Shown: in pieces, positions 37,688-49,755 of the stretch | How positions within the stretch are numbered: the stretch's first letter is position 1 | Layout: every line of letters starts with the position of its first letter | Assembly: GCF_009834535.1 (NCBI RefSeq) | Contig: NC_045697.1 | Coordinates: 83,330,001 to 83,394,000, forward strand | Length of the DNA: 64,000 nt | Source: Camelus ferus | Lineage: Eukaryota | Direction of reading: 5' to 3' | Notes under the pieces: model-generated | Told to the model about the DNA's origin: nothing | The model's input: the letters and a program-made list of their open reading frames with translations, nothing else | The model's database searches: none | Program-made: the position numbers and the translations under genes

Positions 37688-38938
37688 ATTTTATAATTCT
37701 GCACAAAGACAACATAAAGATAGACAAATTGTCATGAAATCTTGTTAACAAATTAGAGGTTATTAATCATTCTGACCCAGCACCATTATCTTTCCTCCTA
37801 GGTTTAAAAAAATATGAATATATTAATAGAAGATGAAGTGCTGAGTTCATAAATTTGATAAATCTGGTCTAGAAAGCAAATATCTGCCAAAGTTTTAAGA
37901 AAATGTATATAAATAAACAACATAAGTATGCAAAAGTAGATGAAGACAAGAGAGATATACTTGTATGATGAAGAATTTACATGGAAAAATACATTGCTAC
38001 CAAGTGAAAAAGAACACAAACACAACCTCACCGTTTTTTCTTCTTTTTCTCTCTTATATTCCAAATAAGCTGATTTCCAAGAAAGATAATAACCTACTAA
38101 ATGTCACCATAATAACACAGGGCCAGCATACTGAATTAATTGAAGCTGCTAGTTGGAAGGATGGTTATTTACCAGGCAAGTTGAAGGGTTCTATTTTTCA
38201 TTCTCTTTTCCATTTTATAAGAAAACAAAATGAATTGATTGTGGTTTAGTACATTCTAGTTACAGCCTGTTATATTATTAATGACAAGAACACATTAAAT
38301 CACTTCCTGATTGCATCAGAAGTTAAAAAGAAAAGGACAGATTGAGATAATACGATTTCTCAAGTATTGTAATGTTCTTGGCCCTTTGAACCACATCTTG
38401 ATTTTAAGATGTGGTTTAAGATTCCCTCTTTAATCAAAAAAAAAAAAAGGGAAGAAAAAGAATAAAAACAAAAGCCTAGGTTTATATGAAATCTTCTCTT
38501 TATTCAATGACACCTTTTAAAATTATAAAAAATAAAACTCTTTCAAAACACATTCCAGATACTAAAGAATGCTTCTGTTTGTTAAAGATTTAGAACTCTT
38601 GAAATTTTTTTCATTGTCTAGCCTTTGCCGTTGAAAATAAATACAGTTCTTCTTAAATTAGAAATCAAAATGTAATGCAGTGTGATTTGCTAAGAATAGC
38701 TGTGTTTTGGTTGCTGGGCAGTGTCCCATCACTAATCAATCACAAGCATTTTAAAACATCATTGTTTTAGAAGACATCATGGAAAAAGATAAAAAAAGTA
38801 GATATTAAAATATTTAAAAGTTCTGAAGTCTCAGAAAGTAGAAAGAAAAGAGACAGCAGATGTGTCTATGCTATTTTATAATTCTGCACAGAGAACAAGT
38901 AAAGCTAGACAAATAGTCATTAATCTTGTTAACAAATT
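37688..38938 (+). repeat. Dispersed ~67-bp direct repeat (37688-37754 and 38873-38938)
   Basis: Both copies read attttataattctgcaca...tagacaaat..gtcat..aatcttgttaacaaatt; about 58 of 67 positions match by manual alignment. Confidence 0.9.
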
Positions 38939-39069
38939 TTTATCCTTAGAAAATAAATAATAATCTTTAGCACAAAGCCAACAGTCTAGATTTTTTTTAA
39001 CTTCTTGGCATTTTAAATCCACTTTCATGTTTCAACTTTTTGAAGACTTTTAAATGTATTTTGCACATG

Positions 39070-39116
39070 GAGATATAGATATATATACATACATATATAT
39101 ATACACATATATATGT
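39070..39116. repeat. Imperfect (TA)n/(TACA)n microsatellite
   Basis: atatagatatatatacatacatatatatatacacatatatatgtg. Confidence 0.8.
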
Positions 39117-39779
39117 GAATCTTTAATTATAAATATGCTCAAGTAGCATTACACAGAGATTCATACAGGGGACCACAATTTAAACTCCTCTCTGTCTCTC
39201 CCCCTCCTCTTCTCTTTCTAAGTTTAAGGATACTTTTTTTTACTTTGTACTGTTTAAAAAACATAAGTTGTACTTAAACTATGAGACTAAGAGAGTGCCT
39301 ATGTATAAACATAGTCTTTGCAATAACTAAACTTAGTAGGAGTTCTAGTCTCGATTTGACCTTGAGTTAAGCAAAGAATGCTATAAATGCCTTCCAATGT
39401 CTGAGGGGTTCTCCCACGGAAAGCATGAATGGTATAAGCTAAACAAAGAGGGAGTTTCATACAGCAAAAATAATGACTTTCTAACAAAATGAGTTTTTCA
39501 ATAACACAACGGACTATTTTTAAAAGCTTCTCATTACTGAGTTTATAAAACAAAGGTCTATTTGAAATATTTTAGCAAAAATGTCAAGGACCTCAGAGGA
39601 AGACTTACAGAGAGGAAACCAGTTGAATGTCTCCGCCATCATATTTTATTATTCTAATCTTAACAGGCTTATGGGAAAGGCCCTTAAGTAAAATTTGGAA
39701 TGAATAAAATAGTCAAGACACGATATCTCTTCTGTAAGCATTCATGACCAACTAAACAAATGATCAAAAGTCAATAGGA

Positions 39780-40355
39780 AAAGATACATGCACTCCAATG
39801 TTCATAGCAGCACTGTTTACAATAGCTAAGACGTGGAAGCAACCTAAATGTCCATTGACAGATGACTGGATAAAGAAGATGTGGTATATTTATACAATGG
39901 AAAAGCACTCAGCCATTAGAAAGAATGAAATAATGCCATTTGCAGCAATATGGATGGACCTGGAGATTGTCATACTAAGTGAAGTAAGCCAGAAAGAGAA
40001 AGAAAAATACCATGTGGTATCACTTATATGTGGAATCTAAAAAATGGCACAAGTGAACTTATTTGCAAAACAGAAACAGACTCACAGACATAGAAAACAA
40101 ACTTATGATTATCAGTGGGGAAAGGGGGTGGGAAGGGATAAATTGGGAGTTCAAGATTTGCAGATACTAACTACTATATATGAAATAGATAAATGACAAA
40201 GTCCTACCATATAGCACAGGGAACTATATTCAATACCTTGTAATAGCCTATAATGAAAAAAAATATGAAAAAGAATATATATACACAACTGAATCACCAT
40301 GCTATACACCAGAAATTATATATATATATATATGAATCAACTGTATAATTTTTTA
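39780..40355 (+). mobile_element. 5'-truncated camelid-type L1
   Basis: ORF 39798-40040 ([19 protein letters not shown]...SLICGI*) is the ORF2 C-terminus; 3' UTR follows; diverged TSD aaaagt(c)aat(a/t)ggaaaag. Confidence 0.93.
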
Positions 40356-41349
40356 AAAAGTAATTGGAAAAGTAGAGCCACAGGATAAACAACCTTTTAA
40401 AGAGGCATGTAGGGAAGTCAAATCTAAAATTAAGAGTTTAACTAAGACTCAGTCAGTAAAGGATAACGCATGCAGCAGGGACCCAATAGATCAATGTATC
40501 AAAAAGAGACAAAACCCTTGCCCTCAAAGAAATGACTGTGACCCTGAGCAGATACAGAAATTCCAGCATTGTCACTATGGGTTGAAATTAACATGTGTCA
40601 GCTCAGAAGCTGCATGTGCTAAAACTCTTCCTGCAGAGTGAGGTCAATAGTCAAAAGTCAATTTACTGACCTGCCAAAACATCCTACCAATATCTCAGAA
40701 AGAAAACACAGAAATCAAACTCCCACTTGTGCTTTCTGCTGGGTAACCACATCTACAACTGTTAGGAATTAGTCAGTCGTTCTAACTTCACCAGAAGAAG
40801 GCGAGATGGTGACACCCTTCTTGGGACTGATGTTGAGTCTGTGCTCCTCCTCCACCTTAAAGGGTAAAACATTAACCCTTTACCTTCTGAAAAGAATCAT
40901 GTGTCTCTGGGCACAGCAGTTATCCCCCCCCCCCTTTTTTTTTAATGTTTCACCTATCAAATTTCAAATCTTTGGAAGGATTTTTGAAAACACCTACTTA
41001 TCAATGACCTTAAAACTTAAGAACTGAAAGCCTGCTGTATGCAGCATTTTATATCTGCATGATTGTATTTGCTAGGACCTCAACTGTAATATTTATAACT
41101 GGAAAATGAGAAAGCTGTATTTATCCTCTAGGGGATTTAGTAATATAGAATTTCAAGTCTTCTAAAAGATTTCTCATTAAATAGTCAGTACCGCTAGCAG
41201 GATAAGCAGACCCAAACCCTTAATGTCATTGTGATAACAAAGCAAGTTACCCCAGGTTACCATAGAGTACAGAAGAATATTACACTACTTTCTATCTTAG
41301 ATACTTGCATCAACAGTGGAAGCAAAAGCCTTTATCCGCTAAAACCTTC

Positions 41350-41560
41350 ACTGAAGTATTTTTGGGTGAAATAGTATGACATCAGAGTTTTGCTTTAAAA
41401 TGCTTCAGGATCAATAACAGAGATAAAGTAGAAGGAGATAAATGAAACAAAAACTATTTGTGTTTATCATTGCTGAAGCTGAGTGGTAACAACACAAGAA
41501 TTCTTTATACTATTCTCTCCACTCTCTGTATGTTTGAAGTTTGAATACTTCCATAATAAA
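41350..41560 (+). mobile_element. Old L1 (L1MC4/L1ME-like) 3' end
   Basis: actgaagtatttttgggtgaaat...ttgctgaagctgagtg...tactattctctccact...ttccataataaa. Confidence 0.7.
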
Positions 41561-42184
41561 CAATAAGTAAAAGCCAAAGATGAAATGTTAGCATTAATCT
41601 GCCTATATTTTCTGTTCAATTCTCATCCTTTTAGCTTCCTCACTGGAACCCTAAAAGCAACTCCAATTCATACAAAAGTAAAGACTGAGAAAAACTTTTG
41701 GACTGACTACAGCACAGAAATGATACTGCTTGCAGATTCAATTTCCACCCCAAGGATTAGGTAACAATGGATATGGAAAGAATAAAAAACAAAATGAGAT
41801 GAGAGAAGACTAGGAAGGGAGGAAATGGTATCTTCAAAGTAAGAAGGGAAAGAAGAACCTAAGCTCTAAACTGCCCTTGAAAGTTCAATGTCTCTTCTTC
41901 CAATTCCGCTAACATACCACTTGTGGACAACGTGCTATCCAACAGTCCTGATGGAAGGGAAGGTGCTTGGTTCATTTGTGTGGCTGATGTTATAAAAAGA
42001 CATCATTAGCCTCCAAACAGTGCAATAAACAGATCAGTGAAAGTCCCATTCAACCCAGTGCTCAAATGGCATAAACACTGTGCATATAGAGCTTTGCACA
42101 ATCAGATTGGTTTCTGTTTCTTTTAGATATCTGAAAATGAATTTGCTTTGACAAACAAAACTTTAGAGTTTAACTCTCCAAAAA

Positions 42185-42409
42185 TTGTTTTTAGCATTTT
42201 TAAGGTATCACTAACAAGTAAAATTATGATATATTTAAAGTGTGCAACATAATTTGATACACATATACACTGTGGAAGGATTTCCACTACTGAGTTTATC
42301 AACACATCTATCACCTCACATATTTCTCTTTTTTGGTGAGAACACTTACATTCTACTCTCTTAGCAACTTTCAATTATAAAATACAGTATTATCAACCAT
42401 AGTCACCAT
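42185..42409 (-). mobile_element. L1MA9-like 3' UTR with 14-bp TSD
   Basis: ggtgagaacacttacattctactctcttagcaactttcaa; TSD tttaactctccaaa at 42169-42182 and 42410-42423. Confidence 0.85.
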
Positions 42410-43914
42410 TTTAACTCTCCAAATTTTAATGCAACGTGGAAAAGATACATTTTAAAAGCCATTTAAAAACTCAAGGGAGAGGAAAATCTTATATTTCTTA
42501 ATATATTCATTTTAAATGAAGAGTACTAAGTATTATTAAATTCCACTATGAGAATAATTACTGAAAAAAATTGCACATGTCCTGATTTGAGAGCTAGAGG
42601 ATTCCAGGTACCATCTCATCTTCAGCCTGGCTTTTAGGTAGAACCACCTGCAGACTGACAGTGTGCCATATTATAATTCACTCATCCGTCTTCTTTTACT
42701 AAAATCCATCGTGGAATTTGCATTAAATTAAAGACACACACATTTCAGGTTTATATACTATAAACAAGAGTAAAAAAGCAAAACTTCGGTGCAAATCCAG
42801 AACTTGAATCAATAACTAATATAGTAAACTCACATTTTCAGGTTAGTTTATCTAATTTCCTGAAACCTAGATCAGAAAAAAGCAAATTTTTATCTTTAGG
42901 AACTTTGAGCCATAACATATAAAAATAATAATGAACATTTATTAAGGACTTTCACTGCATAAGAATTATTTAAATACTCTTTGTAGATCACCATGCAACC
43001 ATTATCACATCACTATAAGTAGATGTTATTAAGAATAGATACTTGCAAGTGGAATCTAAGACTTAAAGGATTCCTTAACTTGCCTGAAGTCACAAAATCA
43101 GTAAATAGCAGAGTAAGAATGACCAGATTTTATAACTTCAGAGACACCACTCTATTGAACTTATCAGGTGTCGGTGTAACTCTTAAAAACTTACAGCAGC
43201 AGAATTGTACAGACTTGCTTCTCTGGACTGATGTACAACTTGGCCAACTAATTCCTCATGATGGGAAAATTTATGTCTTCCTCTCCTGGACCCTCAGGAG
43301 AAAGAGACACTGGTTGAAAAATTAGCTAGCTGTAAAGGTAGTGACAGTCTATAACTGATGAGTGTGGAAAAGGATCATTAGATTTAAGGATACCATTTAA
43401 AAGGAATTTGGCAGAAAAATTACACTGGGGACTAACAGGTTAGTGTTAAGAGTATAAACTGGATTAACTAGAAATACGGTTCCCAATAGGGAAAGCACTT
43501 AGATGATGTTTGGGCAAAAAGTGATATTGACTCTGAAGCTCAAATGGGGAAAATCTTAGTAGATGGTTCAAATCATTCTAGAGCTAATTACAGAACTTTT
43601 ATTGTGCCCATCACGACCATCTCTGACTATATAAATCATCTATAAAGAATTTCAGGAGCACAGTAGTATATACCTTTAAGAAATCTTAATCTTTTTATAT
43701 AAAATTTGATTTCATAGAAGCAGGCAATTATTTAAAGACAGATATACTGATGAAGGCTGGATTTGAATTCATGGATACATCTTTAGTTATAAAATATCTT
43801 ATGTTTCTTTAGGTCATTAGTCTAACACTGATGACACCTCTAAAGAACAGTGTTTTGAGATGTGAACACATCTTCAGTATAAGTGGCTAGCCTTCCAGGT
43901 CAACTACTTTGAGC

Positions 43915-44335
43915 ACAGTCAGTTCAAGTCCTTGGAGGAGAAGATGCCAAGATGAAATTAGATACTGAAGAGATTTATCAGGGGAAGCACCTATCATGGA
44001 TAAAGAAGAGGAGACAGAGTAGGTTCGGAAAGTCTTCCCACTATAGCTGCAAGTCGCACACCAGCCAGAGGAGAGGGGAAAGAAAGGAGGGTCAGTCAGG
44101 AACAGCTTTAGTGCAGTTCTAAGAATGTTTCAACCAGGCAGATGGTAATTAAAGCCATTACTTAAAGAGGTCCCATGTCATAGAGGTATAGACCTGCTCT
44201 AGTTCCCCTGCAGTGCTCATTTATGGATTGAGAGCAGCCAGAGGAAATGTGGCTTCAGCAGAGGAACAGAGTGATGAACACAGGAGCAGCAGGCAGGGCT
44301 GTCAGTCAATCATGATCTGAGTGGCACATTTCCAC
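43915..44335 (-). mobile_element. LTR16-like ERVL LTR
   Basis: gaagatgccaagatgaaattagatac..gagatttatcagggga and gtgcagttctaagaatgtttcaaccaggc. Confidence 0.6.
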
Positions 44336-45427
44336 GACCATTTCAAAACACAGCACTTATTTTACAATGCATACTTTTTTAATATAATCATTCAAACCAA
44401 TTCTGTTTGCAGGACTCAAACTGTCATGACACTTTGTCTCTCTCTCGTTTTCATGGTTGTGACTAATTTTCAACTCACTGTCGGAGAACATCAGGTGCAG
44501 CTGATATCAGAGATGAAAATGCAGATCAGTCACTGATATTTTCTTGCAAAAAACCCCTGCCATTTCTGAGCTCTCCATGCTTGGGCAGGTCTTTGCAGGA
44601 ATCTAGATTCCCCTCCCCTCTTCCTTCTATTCCTTCCACTTCACTCTTTGACAGAAATAAAAGTAAAATAAAAGTATAGTAAGCCTATACCAAAAAAGAA
44701 AAAAAAAAGAGAGAGGAAAAGAAAAATAAAAAGGCAACCTCCTTTTTAATCTGTTTGCACCCTGCTTTAATTTTTCCGTCAAAGAAGAGAAATGGATTTT
44801 TACGCTGCTGATTCTGAGATGTCATATGAAGTGGTATATATCAGAATTTGGATTTAAATAGACCAGTTTGAATGCCAGCTCAACTGCTTATGAATATCTG
44901 ATATCGGCCAAATCCCTTATCTTTCTTCATCAGTAAGATGGGCCTAAAATATTACCTTACCAAAGTGTCAAGAAGAGAAGAAATAATTTATGTAAATGAC
45001 CCTGGCACATTACCACATTATGAGTAATTGCTCAAAAAACTTCTTACTGTTAAAAGATTATGAATCTTTTCAGGAAATAATCTCAAAATTCTGGGAGATT
45101 ACAAACAGTAACACTTTACAGACATTAAACCTCCCTGGAAATTTTTCTCCAAAACATAAAAAGATCTATCTGTATTCTGAGTCCATGCTAATTTTGTTGA
45201 GTTGTGAGCATTTATATCTTAAAAGAAAGAAAAAAAGAAAAAATTTAAGTACAAACTGGCATTCCTGTAATTCAGACTTAAGGTTTGCAAACAAGGCAGT
45301 GGAAAGTAACCATTCCTCTCATTCCCCACTTCAAAGGGGAAAAAAAATGTACAAATCTTGAGCAAATTGCATAAAAACTAGCAGCCAGGCCCGCTGGCTG
45401 GTAACAATGCTACTTTTCTGCAAGCGG

Positions 45428-45460
45428 TGGATCTCACCTTACATGGATCTCACCTTACAT
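45428..45460 (+). repeat. Perfect 16-bp tandem duplication
   Basis: tggatctcaccttaca twice (45428-45443, 45444-45459). Confidence 0.95.
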
Positions 45461-46496
45461 TGTTTAGGCTCACAAGGTGTAAACTCTGAAATTAGAATTA
45501 CATTCTGATATGGTGATAGAACTTTTGAAAAATGACTCTCAATTTGGACATGATATTTGAAAGAGAAGGTGAAGGTCATAGCTTTAATGTTCACTTAGTA
45601 TTTTTATCTCATCATGGGTGATAATAACCAGAGTACACCCAGACAACAGAGTAGAAAGAAACTGTGTTCCAATTTAGAGAGAATGATTATCACATGCTGG
45701 GTTCAACAGAACAATTAAAATAAGTTCCTCATCTTACATGAATTGCATTTAATACTGTATCAACTTAAGAATTGTAAAATAGCATAAATCCTAAATATAA
45801 AACAACTAACCCTACTTTATGCTTCTCAGCACCCAGATCACATATGAGTGTGAAATGTGTTCTGGGAAGATCAAATTTCCCATTTAGTTGTCTGAAGGAC
45901 ATTAACCCTCCATTATTTATTAGGTCTGTTGTAAAAGAAATTCCTGCATGGTCCCAAAAAAGAAAAAAAAAAATTGTCATGGTTCCCAGGGAGAAAAAAT
46001 AAAAAGCAAGGATTATCCTTGAAAGCAAAGAAAAGAATAGATTTTTTGTCTTTTTTTTTTTTTTTTTAAACCAAGTTGTCAGAGGAGTTGCCATGGGCAC
46101 CAGTAGGGGCCTAGGTTTAAATATCAGATTTCTCTTCAACTATTCTCTTTTTAGCATTTTTTTCTTTGTTATTCGGTTTTCTCTTCCATATTTTTTTTCA
46201 GGATTTAACTAAACATCATTTTTGTTCTATCATTCTTGAAGTACTCTTTCTATTCCCCCAAAAAACAAACAAAAATTGCATTTAAGCAAGTAAATCATTG
46301 CTTTTTATATGCTTTCATTGTTTGATTGCACCTGTATTTGTATCATCTAGTAGAAGGGAAAGCATTTAAATCATAGAGGTATTCAAATACTATAGTGTTA
46401 ATCATTATAAATAACGGAATTTAACCACCTTAATTATCATTATTCAGAATGCTACTGTGTAGCATATAGCAGATTATATTATCTACTTGATAGAGG

Positions 46497-46550
46497 CTGT
46501 GTGTTTGTGTATGTGTGTGTGTGAGAGAGAGAGAGGGAGGGAGGGAGAGA
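46497..46550. repeat. Compound (TG)n(AG)n(GGGA)n microsatellite
   Basis: tgtgtgtttgtgtatgtgtgtgtgtgagagagagagagggagggagggagaga. Confidence 0.85.
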
Positions 46551-46653
46551 AATAAGGAAGTACCCATGAAGGGCAAATGAGAAAGATAAAAATCCTATTC
46601 TTAAGGGCAAGATTGATACGGGCTAGCAACAGTGAGTATTCGAAGCTACATAC

Positions 46654-47205
46654 TTTACAACCAAGTTTAAGACTTTAAGCCCAAGTTTTTAAAAATGCTG
46701 AAAGAAAATCAAGTTGCCTGATCTGGCAGGGGCAAACAGAATTGACTACTTTCTGTATTTAAGAAAAATGGCTTTCAGTGTCTAGAAAGCAAAACCAAAC
46801 TCAACCGTCTGTCCTGGGCTTTTACTCCGCCCTTGTCCTCCTCCTCCTCCTCTTCCGTTGGCAAGCCTCCTCCCCTTTGAAAAGTTGGGCATTCATGTTT
46901 TGCATACTTCTTGCTAGTGTTAAAATTGCAAATGAACATCACTGAAAGCTGAAGCAGCTTCATGAATAGGAAGGCAGGCAAGTGGAGGGATTTGTATCTC
47001 TGTGGATGCGATTGTGTCAGGCGCTGTCTTGTGAGGCCCCAGCGTGAGCGCTCTCATTTGCATAAGTGAAAGCGCTCTTCCTATTGGAGGGAAAAGGAGA
47101 ACCTACATTTCTTTCAGCTAAATGCTTGTGGGATAATCACTACAGAAAAATCCATGTATTATGTGAGTGGATTTGAATAACCCCTCAGGAGAGGGGCGGA
47201 ACAGA
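46654..47205 (-). promoter_or_regulatory. Candidate non-CpG-island promoter and first exon
   Basis: GC boxes at 46825-46832 and 47193-47200; CCAAT on minus (47087-47083); octamer TATGCAAATGAG on minus (core 47063-47056); local CpG excess; (GGA)n tract; possible donor AAA|gtatgt at 46654. Confidence 0.55.
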
Positions 47206-47616
47206 ATTACTGAGTAATCCATTTAACTTCCCTCCAGACCAGCAACATGGCCCTTTACTTCCTACTTGAAAAGTCGATGTCCTCAAATTAAAACACTTTC
47301 AGGTTTTATTGCTAGAGGACAAGTTAGACTAGTAAACGGTGGAAATCAGGTGGTTCTGCAACTTGCAGGAAAATGATATATACATCTGAGTAACTCCTTA
47401 ATAAAACTAACAATGTATTTTTAACATATCACAGAGTAGTAGTTAAAATACCAGTCACAATAGTTATAAACTGCTATTGCTCCTTATATCAGAAAATAGT
47501 CTTTGTGAAATATCTAATAATAATGATGTTTTAATTCCTCCAGGCAGGTGGAGGAGCCATCCAAAGGACAAAAAGGAACTCAAAGAACAAGCGGAAGCCA
47601 TTTTGAATTCTCTTCC

Positions 47617-48209
47617 TGTCAGGAATGGAAGTAGATAGGTTAGGGGGTCCCCAGTGAAAGAGAACCAGGCATGACTTTCTTGACATGAGAGAAGCCATTT
47701 TGGCCTAAGCCATTTGGTAATCTAAGCCTGGCCACAATGCTTGCCCTTGAACAGGCCTGTGTAATCAGTGATTTTAAGGGAATCAAGGAATGCCAAACAG
47801 AGAAAACAGTCAATCCTATAGTGCAGTGATAAAGCAGAGTCTTAGTTTCTTCTCAAAGGATATACATAATAATATATCTTTGAGTTCTGCAGGAACTAAT
47901 ACACCCACCCAGGTGGAGGATGGAATGGTGATGTTGGCCCTCCAGACTTCAATCAACTAAAGTGTGGACTCTGTTGACCTTGGCCCCAATTCTATGCTGA
48001 ATTCTCCTCTGCTTCAAGAATGTGCGTGTACCCTTAGCTTAAAACTTTCCCAATTTTGCTGTTCAGGGAGACACTGCTTTGGGAAAGATCCCAGGTGTTC
48101 TCCTTACTTGCTGCAAGTAATAATAAATCCTTCCTTCTCCCAGTCTTTGATTTAGTTGTGTCTTTTGGCTCGACTCCTACCAAGAGGAGAACCCAGTTTT
48201 CAAATAACA
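47617..48209 (+). mobile_element. ERV1-type solo LTR
   Basis: TG...taaCA; aataaa at ~48122; central module shared with 49756-50326; 5' limit uncertain and no TSD seen. Confidence 0.8.
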
Positions 48210-48495
48210 AAAGGATGACCAGAAAGATTGTTCACCATTTTTATCTTCAGTTTCCTAACTTGTTTCAGTAGGGGAGGAGCGGCCCCTTACACATAAATAA
48301 TTCAAAATTTTAGTCAAGTATATATTGAAGGTTATGTTTTGAGCTCAACATTATAGGTAGAAGAGAAAAAGTAAGACAAAGGGAGAAACAAAGCAATTGT
48401 GAAAACTTGAAAGCTGGAAAATATAGAACTAAACGTACAACTCTGCTGTGTAGAGCATCAAAGCTGCAGGACTTCCCACAAGGGGAAATTTCTAT

Positions 48496-48965
48496 TGTAA
48501 AATAAAATACATATTTCATGGCAAGATAAGAAAAATTTAAGCATAAAAAATTATTCTCTGTCCTTTGGCCCCTTCTCTCCCCTCACTGTGCTCTATGTGT
48601 CTGTGTTATGCATGGACCAAACCTCCCCCATCAGAAGGAATTCTTGCTCAACCACAAAAAGCAACATTCTCCCAGCATCAACAGGACAACTCCTTAGAAG
48701 ATAACATTCCTTCTTGATCTTGTAAGGGGTCACATGACCCACCAGGATGATGCTTAGACCTGGATTATGTAAACTATCAATAAATATGTCATTTGATGTG
48801 CGGCCTTCTGTCTCAGAAAACTCGTAACTGTGCTTTGATTTCCAACTGGCAGAACAGTTGTCCGGGCTTTCTGAGATTGCTCTTCCTAGGTTATAATCCT
48901 CAAATTTGGCTTGAATAAAATTTTCCATTTCTTTCTCAGATCAACGGATTAGCTTTTTATCAACA
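48496..48965 (+). mobile_element. ERV1-type solo LTR with 4-bp TSD
   Basis: TG...CA; TSD ctat at 48492-48495 and 48966-48969; aataaa at ~48914. Confidence 0.9.
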
Positions 48966-49012
48966 CTATCAAGGTTGAACTGGCTAAGTGGCTTCAAGGA
49001 AGCAATGAGTTG

Positions 49013-49223
49013 GTCCTAAAACTGTGTGTCCACGCAGCCACCACTAAGCCACACATGGCTATTTACATTTAAATTTACATGTAAGTAAAATTAAAGATAA
49101 CTAAAAATAAAATTTAAATATAAGTTCCTCACTCACAACAAGTGCTTAATAGCTACATGTGACTGTGCAGACAGAGCTATAGAACATTTCCATCATCCCA
49201 GAAAGCTCCACAGCAGAGTCCTG
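49013..49223. mobile_element. MER3/MER33-like hAT-Charlie MITE
   Basis: agccacacatggctatttacatttaaat...aagtgcttaatagctacatgtg...tagaacatttccatcatcccagaaag. Confidence 0.8.
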
Positions 49224-49755
49224 AAGAGTGGGTCTGACTGGATGTAGTGAAAAGGCCTGGTTTGCAATTTCTTGCACCTGGACCATGAGTGAACACGGAA
49301 AAGTGGAAAGGAATACGACATTAAGGTCTTGGGCAAAGGAAAAGACTAGATTGACACGACTAGAAATTTCTGTATTGGAAAGCGGAGGGAAGAAATACAA
49401 GGAAGACCTTGCCTGAAGACCTTTGGAACTCAGGCAGATGTGGTGAAAGAGGAAGCAACCTGACAAAAGCTGTATTTAGGGAGGATTATTCTGACAGCGC
49501 TGAGATTGGATCAAAGGAGGAAGTGGCTGAAGATAAGGAGAGTTTTACCAGGGCTGCCAGAATAATCATCCTGTGCAAGGATGACAGTTTGTACCAGAGG
49601 AGGGAAGGTGGGATGAGAGGAAAAGAATGATTTTTTTTTAATTCTTAAGAAAAATCTTTTCTAGAAATTAGGACTAAGGAAAATAGAAAAAGGAGAGAGA
49701 TAATAAATAAACACTTCAAATTTGTTCTTGAGTGTCTGGGAGAATTGCAAGCCTC

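Noticed and set aside
33638..40040. ORFs 33638-33904 and 39798-40040 (also 16047-16283 and 60530-60796) as proteins
   Set aside because: They are ORF2 C-terminal remnants of 5'-truncated L1 copies; 60530-60796 is a chance fusion of flank and L1
20..42725. Scattered ATGCAAAT/ATTTGCAT octamers (e.g. 20, 4084, 11550, 26719, 36337)
   Set aside because: Several are expected by chance at this AT content; only those with supporting context were reported
6220..47205. Assigning a host gene symbol to the candidate promoter and exons
   Set aside because: No coding exon could be recognised, so any gene name would be a guess
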